A DNA stretch of 32,000 nucleotides, taken from contig PQXB01000004.1 in the NCBI GenBank assembly GCA_003194425.1, positions 15,564 through 47,563 of the forward strand. Direction: 5' to 3'. Below are positions 1-8,900 of this stretch, in pieces (position 1 is the stretch's first letter; each line of letters starts with the position of its first letter). A program made the translations under genes and the position numbers. The DNA is from Candidatus Methanophagaceae archaeon (GTDB lineage Archaea; Halobacteriota; Syntropharchaeia; Alkanophagales; Methanospirareceae). The notes under the pieces were generated by a model, which was not told the origin of the DNA, did not search any database, and worked only from the letters and a program-made list of their open reading frames with translations.

Positions 1-359
1 TCGGCAGCAAAATCCCCTCTCTCTTCTCTCTCGCCTCCGCCGACTTTGTAACCGTTGGACATCAGAACAATCTCCTCAAACCCACGCTCCTTCAGCCCCC
101 TTACGAGTGTCAGCAGAAAATCCCTGTCGAGCGCGGGTTCGCCGCCCGTAATCATCGCCTTGCTCGGAAGTTCTCCGTAGTGTCTGCGGCACGCCTGCTC
201 TGCCCGCTCTAAAGTCTCCTCTGCAGTGAGCAGCGTCCCACCACCGTCTCGTGCAGGTCTGAAACAACCCCTGCACTGAAAATCGCAGCCGGTCAGCATA
301 AACCAAACCCGCGGCTCAATCTCCGAAAGGGTAAAATATTGCACGCCTCTTTTTCCCAT
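1..359 (-). CDS. Radical SAM enzyme, N-terminal part (gene runs off the left edge of the window)
   Basis: My own minus-strand translation from ATG 359-357 reads MGKRGVQYFTLSEIEPRVWFMLTGCDFQCRGCF...KAMITGGEPALDRDFLLTLVRGLKERGFEEIVLMSNG. It has a CxxxCxxC cluster motif (C-DFQ-C-RG-C) and a GGEP SAM-binding motif. The frame stays open to position 1. It is absent from the ORF track because it is truncated; the listed 76..306 ORF is a different frame. Confidence 0.75.
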   Translation of the reverse strand, partial: MGKRGVQYFTLSEIEPRVWFMLTGCDFQCRGCFRPARDGGGTLLTAEETLERAEQACRRHYGELPSKAMITGGEPALDRDFLLTLVRGLKERGFEEIVLMSNGYKVGGGEREERGDFAA

Positions 360-393
360 TTTTTACTACTCCTTATTTCCAAAGTATAAAAAC

Positions 394-780
394 CTACAGC
401 AGCCCCTCCTCCGCCAACGCCCGCACCGCTCGGTCGCACGCGGTTGTAGCGTGCGAGACCGCTCTGCCGAGGCTTGCCTGCACCTCCTCAAAATCCACTG
501 CTTCTGCTTCTACCCTTCGTCTCGCCTGCGCCAACTCTTCTTCTACCTGCCCGAACTCTCGCATTCCGGTCGCTCGCAACGCCATTCCCGTCTCAACGGA
601 CAGGCCGTCAAAAAAAGCACCCAACACCTTCTTCGCCCCCGCCAACTCCCCCTCTCTCCTCTCTTTCCCAGCTCGCCCCTCTCCCAAGGACTCTACAACC
701 GCCAGCATTTTAGAGCAGATTATCATCGCCGATTTTATCCGCTCCCCGAACTGATAATTTACTATCTCGTTTTTCCGCAT
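394..780 (-). CDS. Hypothetical small, predicted all-helical protein (128 aa)
   Basis: The ORF sits in the same orientation between the radical SAM gene and the DUF166-like gene. An AT-rich TATA-like box (about 803-820) lies upstream. I recognise no family. Confidence 0.5.
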   Translation of the reverse strand: MRKNEIVNYQFGERIKSAMIICSKMLAVVESLGEGRAGKERREGELAGAKKVLGAFFDGLSVETGMALRATGMREFGQVEEELAQARRRVEAEAVDFEEVQASLGRAVSHATTACDRAVRALAEEGLL

Positions 781-811
781 AAAAATAAATTCTGCTGAAG
801 CTAATTATTTT

Positions 812-1513
812 TTATAAATATTCTTCCAACGCCTCCTTCAACGCCTCCGCGAGCAGCCTGCCCGCCTGCTGCATTATCGGTCGATCCGGCCCCATATAAG
901 CCACGCACTCGTTGTCGTGCATCTGCCCAACCGCCTCCTCAAGCGACTTCAAATCTTCGTAGGACTTCCCCGCAAGCCGCTGTGCGATTTTTGACGCTGA
1001 GCCGCAGGGCGTGTCGCGGACAACTTTTACCCCCTCAATCAACTTGCTCTCCGCATTAACTCGGACTTCAAATTTAGGCTTGCCAAACAATTCAGCGAAA
1101 GATTTCACAATTTCATTCTCGCTCTCCCCCGGCTCCAGCAAGCAAAGAGGTTCAGGAAATTCAATGTGCACGCCCCTCTTCTTGAGCTCGCCTTCAATCG
1201 AGTACCTCCCCTCGGGAATCAAATTCGGGTCTTCAATCGGCCAAAGCACCGCTTTTGCTCCCGTCCTCTCGGCGATTATCGGCACGAGGTCGCCCGCTTT
1301 TGGCAACACCCCAAGCACCAGCAGAAGCTCGCACCTGGGCAGCGGAATGTCCAGCGGCATATCTTTCTCCGGCTCGTCAAGCGAGACAGACGCAACTTTC
1401 AGGTCGTAGAGTCCCACAATCCTGTCTGCGAGCCCGCTCTCGCTCGCGGTAAGGTGCTCGGTTACCAGCTCTCCAAACGAGCCGTGGTAAAGAATGTAAA
1501 TTTGGTTGTTCAT
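812..1513 (-). CDS. Conserved archaeal protein, DUF166-like (family assignment from memory, uncertain)
   Basis: The track ORF is 812..1540. I prefer ATG 1513 (MNNQIYILYHGSFGE...), which lies 1 nt after the ilvE stop (TGAAATG). A Rossmann-like N-terminus and a C-terminal Cys-containing block (DTPCGSA, NECVAYMGPD) resemble DUF166/COG1810. Confidence 0.6.
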   Translation of the reverse strand: MNNQIYILYHGSFGELVTEHLTASESGLADRIVGLYDLKVASVSLDEPEKDMPLDIPLPRCELLLVLGVLPKAGDLVPIIAERTGAKAVLWPIEDPNLIPEGRYSIEGELKKRGVHIEFPEPLCLLEPGESENEIVKSFAELFGKPKFEVRVNAESKLIEGVKVVRDTPCGSASKIAQRLAGKSYEDLKSLEEAVGQMHDNECVAYMGPDRPIMQQAGRLLAEALKEALEEYL

Positions 1514-1514
1514 T

Positions 1515-2483
1515 TCATTCTCCTCGCTCACCGCCAGCACTCACCGGCTCCAGCCACCTCAAATATTTCTCCTCCCTCGCATTCACCACCTCAAAGAACT
1601 TCTTCTGAATCTTCGCCGTCACCCTACCCCTCTTACCGTTGCCAATTTTCACGCTGTCAATTTCCCGGATCGGCGAAACCTCCGCTGCTGTCCCCGTGAA
1701 AAAGACCTCGTCCGCACTCAGCAGTTCCTCCTTCGTTACTGGCTTCTCTACCACCTCGTAGCCGAGGTCCCGCGCGAGTTCGATTACCGACGCCCTCGTG
1801 ATTCCTGGCAGAATTGAAGACTCCGCTTCTGGCGTGTACAGCGTTGGCGTTGGCGTCGCACCCTTGACCGCGAAAATATTCTCGCCCGGTCCCTCTGCCA
1901 CGAACCCTTTGTTGTCGAGTAGAATCGCCTCGTCAGCCCCCCGCTCCTCCGCGTCCTGCACCGCCAAGAGCGAATTCAAGTAGTGTCCCGTCGCCTTTGC
2001 GGTAACCGGCAGTGTGTTGGGGTCGATTCGTCGCCACGCCGAGAAGGTGCATTTTATCCCGTTCTCCAACGCCTCCTCGCCGAGGTAAGATCCCCACCGC
2101 CACGCTGCGACCGCACAGTCCACGGGGCAGCCCGCGGGGTTCACGCCCAAGTGGTGGTAGCCGTAGAACGCGATCGGTCGAATGTAGCACGCGTCGAGCC
2201 TGTTTAGACGAACCGTCTCTTTTACCGCCGCTGTCAGCACTTCCCTTGAGTACGGAATTTTCATCTTGTACAACTCCGCTGACCTGTACAACCTCTCCAA
2301 ATGCTCCTGCAGTCTGAAAATGAAAGACCCTTTCGGGGTTGCGTAGCACCGAATTCCCTCGAAGACGCCCGAGCCGTAGTGCAAGCCGTGCGAGAGGACG
2401 TGCACCCTCGCCTCCTTCCAAGCCACGAACTCGCCGTTGAACCATATTTTCCCTTCTTCTGGTAGCCCCTCTCTCTCCACCAT
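1515..2483 (-). CDS. ilvE: Branched-chain amino acid aminotransferase
   Basis: 322 aa. The sequence IWFNGEFVAWKEARVHVLSHGLHYGSGVFEGIRCY...GENIFAVKG...TGTAAEVSPIREID is typical of class IV PLP aminotransferase IlvE. Confidence 0.9.
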   Translation of the reverse strand: MVEREGLPEEGKIWFNGEFVAWKEARVHVLSHGLHYGSGVFEGIRCYATPKGSFIFRLQEHLERLYRSAELYKMKIPYSREVLTAAVKETVRLNRLDACYIRPIAFYGYHHLGVNPAGCPVDCAVAAWRWGSYLGEEALENGIKCTFSAWRRIDPNTLPVTAKATGHYLNSLLAVQDAEERGADEAILLDNKGFVAEGPGENIFAVKGATPTPTLYTPEAESSILPGITRASVIELARDLGYEVVEKPVTKEELLSADEVFFTGTAAEVSPIREIDSVKIGNGKRGRVTAKIQKKFFEVVNAREEKYLRWLEPVSAGGERGE

Positions 2484-2581
2484 CTCTCTCCTTTCTCCTT
2501 TCTCTTCTCCGCCTCGCCTTTCTCTTCTTTTTCCTTTCTCTTTTGAAAAAATTATTTATCTTTGCGTGTGCATAAAATATT

Positions 2582-3505
2582 ATGCAGTGGGTTGCTCTCG
2601 CTTTTTTGGCTTCGATTTTAGGTGCCGTCGTCGTGCTAGTCGACAAGTTCGTGCTGACACACCACATTAAAGACGCCTTCTCCTACCAAATCTTCCTCAC
2701 ACTCACACAAATCCCTCCTGTTTTAGCACTCTTCGCTCTCGCCTCTCCTCATTTTCAGGTTCAGAACTACGGCTCGTTTTATCTCACGACACTCGCAGTC
2801 GGCGTGGTTCTTGGACTGGTCTTCGTCCTCTACAACAAGGCACTTCTGGTAGAGGAGGTCTCGAGAGTAATTCCGCTGTTTTACCTCTCGCCGCTCTTCG
2901 TGCTCTTTTTCTCGTCGGTATTTCTCGGCGAGAGCCTGTCTCTGAGGCGGTATTTCGGCGTAGGACTGCTGGTCTTCAGTGCCGCCTCCGTCTCCTTCAA
3001 ATTCAAATCCCTCCCCAAATCTAACTCCAACCCCTTCTCCTTCTCGCCCGCTCTCTTAATGATTTTATTTTTGGACTTAATCATAGCAGGCAAAGATGTG
3101 CTCGCAAAATTCCTCTTCTCTTACATTGACTTCTGGTCCTACCTCTTCTGGCTAATTCTCGGCAACTTTTTAGGCAGACCGCTTTTCCTGCTCCTGCCAG
3201 GCACTCGGCGAAGATTTGTTGCAAATATGAAGTCGCTCCCCGCGGGAATAATTCTGCTCTGCTTTCTCAATTGTTCGCTTGCTTGCGTGAGTTATGTTTT
3301 GTATTTCAAGGCGATTTCTCTGACTTTTGTCTCACTCGTGAGTGCGATTCTGTCAGTTCAACCGTTTTTGGTCTTCGTCTTCGCCTTGCTGCTCGGCGTT
3401 TTTTATCCGGGTTTGTTGAATGAGAGTGTAGAGTGGAGGGGGGTTGTTGTCAAAGGAATCGCAGGCGTTACGATTCTAATCGGCACTTATTTGATTATTT
3501 CTTGA
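2582..3505 (+). CDS. EamA/DMT-superfamily membrane transporter
   Basis: 307 aa with about 10 hydrophobic helices in two halves. An EamA-like end of the first half is present (FLGESLSLRRYFGVGLLVFSAASVSF). Confidence 0.7.
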   Translation: MQWVALAFLASILGAVVVLVDKFVLTHHIKDAFSYQIFLTLTQIPPVLALFALASPHFQVQNYGSFYLTTLAVGVVLGLVFVLYNKALLVEEVSRVIPLFYLSPLFVLFFSSVFLGESLSLRRYFGVGLLVFSAASVSFKFKSLPKSNSNPFSFSPALLMILFLDLIIAGKDVLAKFLFSYIDFWSYLFWLILGNFLGRPLFLLLPGTRRRFVANMKSLPAGIILLCFLNCSLACVSYVLYFKAISLTFVSLVSAILSVQPFLVFVFALLLGVFYPGLLNESVEWRGVVVKGIAGVTILIGTYLIIS

Positions 3506-4422
3506 CTCTTTTTTCGGGAGAGGCACGACTGGTTGTTTATTTTTGTCTTGAGTACCCTCCCCGCAATTCTGCTCCCTAACTCGCTCCACGCCTCTCGCAA
3601 TTCCGCCCCTGCCCCCTTTTGCCCCGCCTCCGCCTCTTCCCCAACTAAAGCCACAAACGACGGTCCTGTCCCCGACAAGCTCACACCCTTCACGCCGCAC
3701 TCCAACGCCCTCAAAATCGGCTCTGGGTCGAAGTTCAACGCCGCGCAGTACAGAAACCCGTTTAGCGTCATCGCCTCCTCGAACCGCTCTTCCAACGCCA
3801 GGTCAAACGCGAGGCTCACCCACGGAGCGACCAGCCTCGACCGTTTCACATTCGTCTCCGCGGTGAACGCCTTCTCCTCGGGAACGAGAAAGAGAACCTC
3901 GGAGTCCCGCTCCACCTGTTTTAGCAACGCCTGGTTTCTGTTGTCTGTTACCACGAACCCGCCGAGCAGGGAAGCACAGGCGTCGTCAAAAGCCCCTGTT
4001 ACTGAGACACCGACATCCAGGGCAGCCTCAACGCCAAGCCTCACCGCGTCTAACGCACTCGTCTCCTTCAGTCTGCCCGCTGCGTCCAGAGTAGCGACCA
4101 CCGCCGCGTTTGCCGCTGCACTGCTGCTCTTCAGCCCGCTTCCAACTGGGACTTCGCTCCTCGTCTTTACAAAGCCACGCAACGGCAGACCGAACTTCTG
4201 CAGCACCAACTCCACGCACCGCTCGATCAATTTCGTGTCTCCTACTCGGCTCTCTCCCGCCACCTCCATTTCCGCGGTGACACCTCTAAAATCGTCGCCA
4301 ATTTCCACCTCCGCCTCCGTCCACAAGTCAATGCCAAAAGCCGAGCCTTTGTAGGTCGCAACTGCGTTTACTACCGTCCCCGCACCGCTGGCTCTTCCAC
4401 GCCCTTTCCCTTTCGCACTCAT
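3487..4422 (-). CDS. aroK: Archaeal-type shikimate kinase (GHMP kinase family)
   Basis: 311 aa with the GHMP motif PVGSGLKSSSAAANA and an overall resemblance to the MJ1440-type archaeal shikimate kinase. The start overlaps the upstream gene's stop (ATGA at 4419-4422). Confidence 0.8.
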   Translation of the reverse strand: MSAKGKGRGRASGAGTVVNAVATYKGSAFGIDLWTEAEVEIGDDFRGVTAEMEVAGESRVGDTKLIERCVELVLQKFGLPLRGFVKTRSEVPVGSGLKSSSAAANAAVVATLDAAGRLKETSALDAVRLGVEAALDVGVSVTGAFDDACASLLGGFVVTDNRNQALLKQVERDSEVLFLVPEEKAFTAETNVKRSRLVAPWVSLAFDLALEERFEEAMTLNGFLYCAALNFDPEPILRALECGVKGVSLSGTGPSFVALVGEEAEAGQKGAGAELREAWSELGSRIAGRVLKTKINNQSCLSRKKSQEIIK

Positions 4423-5165
4423 CTTTTTCTGTAATCTTGAAGTAGTTCTTGGAGTTTTTCGTCCTTGCTTTTTAGTGCTTCCTCACCGTGCACGCTGCGG
4501 ATGTGGTCGAAGATGCCGACCTTCTCAGCACCGCAGAAAGGGCAGACGTAAGTCTTCTTACCGCCCTCTGCTCCTGCTCCTGCTGCTCCCTCTCGTACTG
4601 CTCCCTCTCGTACTGCTCCCGCTCGTGCTGCTCCTGCCCGCGGTCGTCCAAACAGCAGCTGCCTGTAGGAAAGAGAGAACCAGAGCAGGACAGGAAGAGC
4701 CACCCTGCAAGTGCCTGAGAGAAAAATAACAAAAATCTGGTAAAACTCACTCGGTCCTGGCGGAGGGGCGTTCTGCAGAGAAACATACGAAAGTTGCAAA
4801 ATCACACGAAATAAGAAGAGAACAGGAACGCCGACGAGGAGCGTCTTTGCCTTCCTTTTCAACTCACTTTTCAACTTACACTTCACCTCGCCCTTTACCT
4901 CGCCCTTTACCTCGCCCTTCACCTCGCCCTTCACCTCGCCCTTCACCTCGCCCGTCGCCAGCACCAAAGCAGCGAACACGGGGATGCAACTCCGAATTCC
5001 CTGCGAGAAAAGGTAGTCGGGTGCAGCAGGAGTAGGCGAACCTGTCATTTTTAGCACCGCCGAAAAATAAACAGACGCAACAGGAATCCAAAGCAGGTAA
5101 AGCAGCGTCGCAAACAAGAGGAATTTGCCGAGAAACAGTCCGTATTCTTTACTTCTACTTTTCAT
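4419..5165 (-). CDS. Four-TM membrane protein with GEVK x6 and Gly/Ala/Arg repeats and a C-terminal CxxC...HxxxxH zinc-knuckle
   Basis: 248 aa with hydrophobic segments at about residues 9-38, 57-72, 110-130 and 145-170. The repeats are encoded at 4881-4952 and 4583-4627. The C-terminus reads YVCPFCGAEKVGIFDHIRSVH. The gene overlaps the upstream sortase-like gene by 11 nt. Confidence 0.6.
   Translation of the reverse strand: MKSRSKEYGLFLGKFLLFATLLYLLWIPVASVYFSAVLKMTGSPTPAAPDYLFSQGIRSCIPVFAALVLATGEVKGEVKGEVKGEVKGEVKGEVKCKLKSELKRKAKTLLVGVPVLFLFRVILQLSYVSLQNAPPPGPSEFYQIFVIFLSGTCRVALPVLLWFSLSYRQLLFGRPRAGAARAGAVREGAVREGAAGAGAEGGKKTYVCPFCGAEKVGIFDHIRSVHGEEALKSKDEKLQELLQDYRKR
4881..4952 (-). repeat. 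12-bp tandem repeat x6 (encodes GEVK x6)
   Basis: The plus-strand unit is cttYacctcgcc. Units 1, 4, 5 and 6 carry c; units 2 and 3 carry t. Confidence 0.95.
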
Positions 5166-5721
5166 TTTTCTCCACCACCTTGTCCCGCCAAATCAGGAAG
5201 AGAAGCACGACGAAGAAGATGAGGAAGACTTGCCAGAGGTAAGTGTGAAAGAGGTCGAGCAGCGAGGGGACGAACGCACCGACCAACGCAGTAGAACTTA
5301 ACCGCACAAGCGTAATTCCGTAGAGAACGGGAACGCCGAGCAGTCCGACTGCTTTCTGCTTTAGCCCTGTTGGGTAGGCGAGCACGACCGAGCAGTAGAC
5401 GATTATCGAAAATATCCCTGTGCATTCTCCGATTATATTTACTGTAGCGTCGCCGACCCTACCTCCGACCGTCACAAAACTTCCGTTCGCAGCAGCGTTC
5501 AACCCGATTATGTTTAGAAGCAACGCAACCAAAAACGCAGTAACCTCTCTCGGCACTCTTTGGTCGCCTGCGATTTTGAAATAAGCGAAGTTGAGTGCGA
5601 AGCAGAGTGCGAGGAAGAGTGCGACTGTCTTTAAAACTTCCTTGTGCTCCTCAAGAACCTCTCTCGTCGGTCTTGTCTTCGCTTTTCTCCCCGCTTCTCC
5701 TCTCCTCTTCGCCTTTGTCAT
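5155..5721 (-). CDS. Minimal exosortase/archaeosortase-family protein
   Basis: The track ORF starts at TTG 5730; I prefer ATG 5721 (MTKAKRRGE...). A conserved-looking Cys block (NIIGECTGIFSIIVYCSVVLAYP), an Arg block (ITLVRLSSTAL) and a His block (LFHTYLWQVFLIFFV) occur in the order expected for the exosortase/archaeosortase catalytic domain. Confidence 0.65.
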   Translation of the reverse strand: MTKAKRRGEAGRKAKTRPTREVLEEHKEVLKTVALFLALCFALNFAYFKIAGDQRVPREVTAFLVALLLNIIGLNAAANGSFVTVGGRVGDATVNIIGECTGIFSIIVYCSVVLAYPTGLKQKAVGLLGVPVLYGITLVRLSSTALVGAFVPSLLDLFHTYLWQVFLIFFVVLLFLIWRDKVVEKNEK

Positions 5722-5745
5722 TAGTCTCAATTTTTGTCATTAGTC

Positions 5746-5754
5746 TTAATATTT
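5746..5754. promoter_or_regulatory. AT box TTAATATTT placed ~27 nt from two divergent start codons (5721 minus, 5777 plus)
   Basis: The spacing fits the archaeal TATA-to-TSS distance for leaderless mRNAs in both directions. Confidence 0.35.
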
Positions 5755-5776
5755 CGCCAACTTCCTTAATAACTCG

Positions 5777-5875
5777 ATGTTCTCTTCCATCGATTCAAAA
5801 GAAAAGACGCCGACAGAGAGAGAAATCGCAGAGCAAATAAAGAAGGCAGTTGAAGGAGTGGAGTTCCCAAATTAA
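5777..5875 (+). CDS. Candidate leaderless small ORF (32 aa, MFSSIDSKEKTPTEREIAEQIKKAVEGVEFPN)
   Basis: It is below the track's size cut-off. The ATG lies ~27 nt downstream of the AT box at 5746-5754, and T6/T7 runs follow at 5886-5899. No homology is recognised. Confidence 0.25.
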   Translation: MFSSIDSKEKTPTEREIAEQIKKAVEGVEFPN

Positions 5876-5885
5876 GACTCCTCTC

Positions 5886-5899
5886 TTTTTTCTTTTTTT
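5886..5899 (+). terminator. T6-C-T7 tract downstream of the candidate small ORF and upstream of leuS
   Basis: ttttttcttttttt; oligo-T tracts act as archaeal terminators. Confidence 0.3.
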
Positions 5900-5935
5900 A
5901 TCGTTTTAACCTCAAGATAAAATACTACAACACAA

Positions 5936-8900
5936 ATGCCAAAAAACACAAACTTCAAGCAGGTAGAAGCGAAGTGGCAGCGGAGGTGGGAGGAGAGCGG
6001 GATTTTTGACGCCGAACCCCGCGGCGGTGCGAAGAAGTTCTTCCTGACCGTCCCTTACCCCTACACCTCCGGACCACTCCACATCGGGCACGGCAGAACG
6101 AACACAGTGGGCGACATAATCGCAAGGTTCAAGCGACTGCAGGGCTACAACGTGCTCTTCCCGATGGCTTTTCATGTTACAGGGACGCCGATTTTGGCGA
6201 TCGCAGACAGCATTTCAAAAAGCGAGGGCGAGGTCGTGAAGCTGTACAAAGAATATGTCTCGATTTACGAAGGAGGGGACGCTGCGAGTGCGGCGAGGGT
6301 TGAGGAGACGGTTCGCAGTTTCACCGACGCAGCGAGGGTCGCGGAGTTCTTTGCTGCGCGGATTTCAGAAGACTTCAAGAGAATGGGCTACTCGATCGAC
6401 TGGCGGCGGAAGTTCAACACCACCGAGCCGATTTACAACAAGTTCGTCGAGTGGCAGTTCAAGAAACTCTACGATAAGGGAGTAATAAAAAAAGGAAAAT
6501 ATCCAATTACTTTTTCTGCCGCCGACAACTCGCCGGTCGGTGAGGACGACATCGAGGAAGGGGACACGAACAAGGTCTCAATCGTCGAGCAGACGACAGT
6601 GAAGTTCGAAGTTTCGGACGGCAGTGGCAGTTACTTGGTTGCGGCAACACTGCGGCCAGAAACGATTTTTGGCGTTACGAACCTCTGGGTGAACCCGACT
6701 GCGAAGTATGTTAAAGTCAAAGTTCGGGTAAGAGCGGGGGAGGAGATTTGGTGGGTCTCGAAAGAAGCAGCGGAGAAGTTGAGCTACCAGCGAGAAGGAG
6801 TGGCGGTTTTAGAGGGGGAGACAGAAGAAGAAGGCGGATTTTTTCTGGGCAAGGTAGTGAAGGTGCCGGTGGCGGGCGGCGGGAGAGAAGTGCCGGTTCT
6901 TCCTGCGAGCTTCGTTGACGCGGACGTCGGCACTGGCGTGGTCTACTCGGTTCCCGCGCACGCACCTTACGACTACATCGCGTTGGAGGATTTGAAGCGG
7001 TCGGGAGTGCTGAAGCGGTCGGGAGTGCTGAAGCGGTTGGGAGTGCTGGATGCAGAAATCGAGCCGATAAAAATTATTGAGATTGAGGGCTACGAGACAG
7101 GACTGCCGGCGAAAGAGATTTGCGAGCGGCTGGAAATAAAAAGTCAGGCGGACGAGGAGCGGTTGGAGGAAGCCACGCAGACGATTTACAAGGACGAATT
7201 TTATCGGGGCGTGCTGAACGAGAAGTGCGGCGAGTTTGCGGGCGTGAAGATTGCGGAAATAAAGGACGAGGTCAAGGAGTGGCTGAAGCGGGAAAATAAA
7301 GGGGATGTGTTTTACGAGACCTCGCGGAAGGCGGTGACGCGGGGCGGAGGGAAGGTGGTCGTTGCGGTTCTGCAGGACCAGTGGTTCATTGACTACACGC
7401 CAAGTTGGTGGAAAGAGCGGGGGCACAAACTCGTTGACGGGATGACTTTTTACCCCGCGAAATACAAGGCTTACATGCACGAGATTATTGATTGGCTGAC
7501 GTTGCGACCGTGTGCGAGGAAGCGGGGGCTGGGCACGCGGTTTCCGTTTGAGCAGGGATGGGTGATTGAGTCGCTGAGCGATTCTACGATTTATATGGCG
7601 TTGTACACCGTGGCACACCTGCTGAGGGGGTTGCCGGTTGAAAGTTTAACCGAGGATTTTTTTGATTTCGTGTTTCTGGGAATTGGGGACGCAGAGGCGT
7701 TGGCGAAGGCTGCGGGCGTTGAAACGGGCGTTGAAGCGAGCGTCCTGAAGCGTGTGCAGGAGGAGTTTAAGTACTGGTACCCGAACGACCTGCGGCACAC
7801 TGCACCGCCGCACCTCTCAAACCACCTCGTCTTCTTCTTGATGCACCACGCGGCGATTTTTCCGGAGCGTTGCTGGCCGCGGGCGATTACGCTGAACGAG
7901 TTGATGATTCGCGAGGGACGGAAAATCTCGAAGAGCAAGGGGAACGTGATTCCGCTGGCGAAGGTCTCGGAACTTTACGGCGTGGATTTGTTCAGGCTCT
8001 ACTGCGCGATTAACGCGGACTTCGCGAGCGTGGTAAATTGGCGTGAGCAGGATGTGGACGCTTTGGGGAGGCGGTTTAACGCGGTGGTAGAGCTGTTTGA
8101 GGACTCTTTAACTGCGGAGTGTGCGACTGTGGAGCGTGCGACTGTGGAGCGTGCGAAAGGGTTGAGAGAGGACGAACTCACGCACGCGGACAGGTGGCTG
8201 CTCTCGCGGTTCTACCGAACTTTAAAGGAAACGGTCGAGCGGTTCGCAGCGTTCCGAATTCGAGACGCGGGCATAAATTTGGTCTTCAATTTGATGAACG
8301 ACATCAGACACTACGAGCAGCGGGCGAGCGTTGAGAGGCGGAAGCGGCTCGTGCGGTGCGTGCTGGAGGAGTGGCTGGTGGTTCTCTCGCCGATTGTGCC
8401 GCACATTTGCGAGGAGTTTTGGGAGCGGCTGAGGTTGCAGTTGCAGAGGCAGAGGTCGCACGACTCGTTCGTCTCTTTACAGCGGCTGCCGGAGGTGAAG
8501 GAGCGGTTTATTGACGACCGAGTGGAGCGTGAGGAGGAGTTTTTGGCTGCGTTGGTTGCGGACATAAAAGAGATTTTGAGAGTGGCAAGGATCTCGCCCA
8601 AACCTCGCAAAATCTACATTTACACCGCGGAGCAGTGGAAGTGGGAAATATTCAAGGCGGTGAAGGACTTGCCAGAGCGGGAAAAGATTAGGAAGGCGGT
8701 TCGAGTCAGGGGAAGAAAAGGAGAGGAAAAAAGCACGGTGGATTTCGTGAAGCAGTTGGTGAAGAGCAAAAGCGGTCTGGAGTATTTTGAGCTTGTGGAG
8801 GCGGAGGTTCTGGAGCGTGAAAAGGAGTATTTAAAGGGGGAATTCGGGTGTGAAATCGGAGTGAACGAGGAGCACGACCCGTTGGGGAAGCGGAGGTTTG

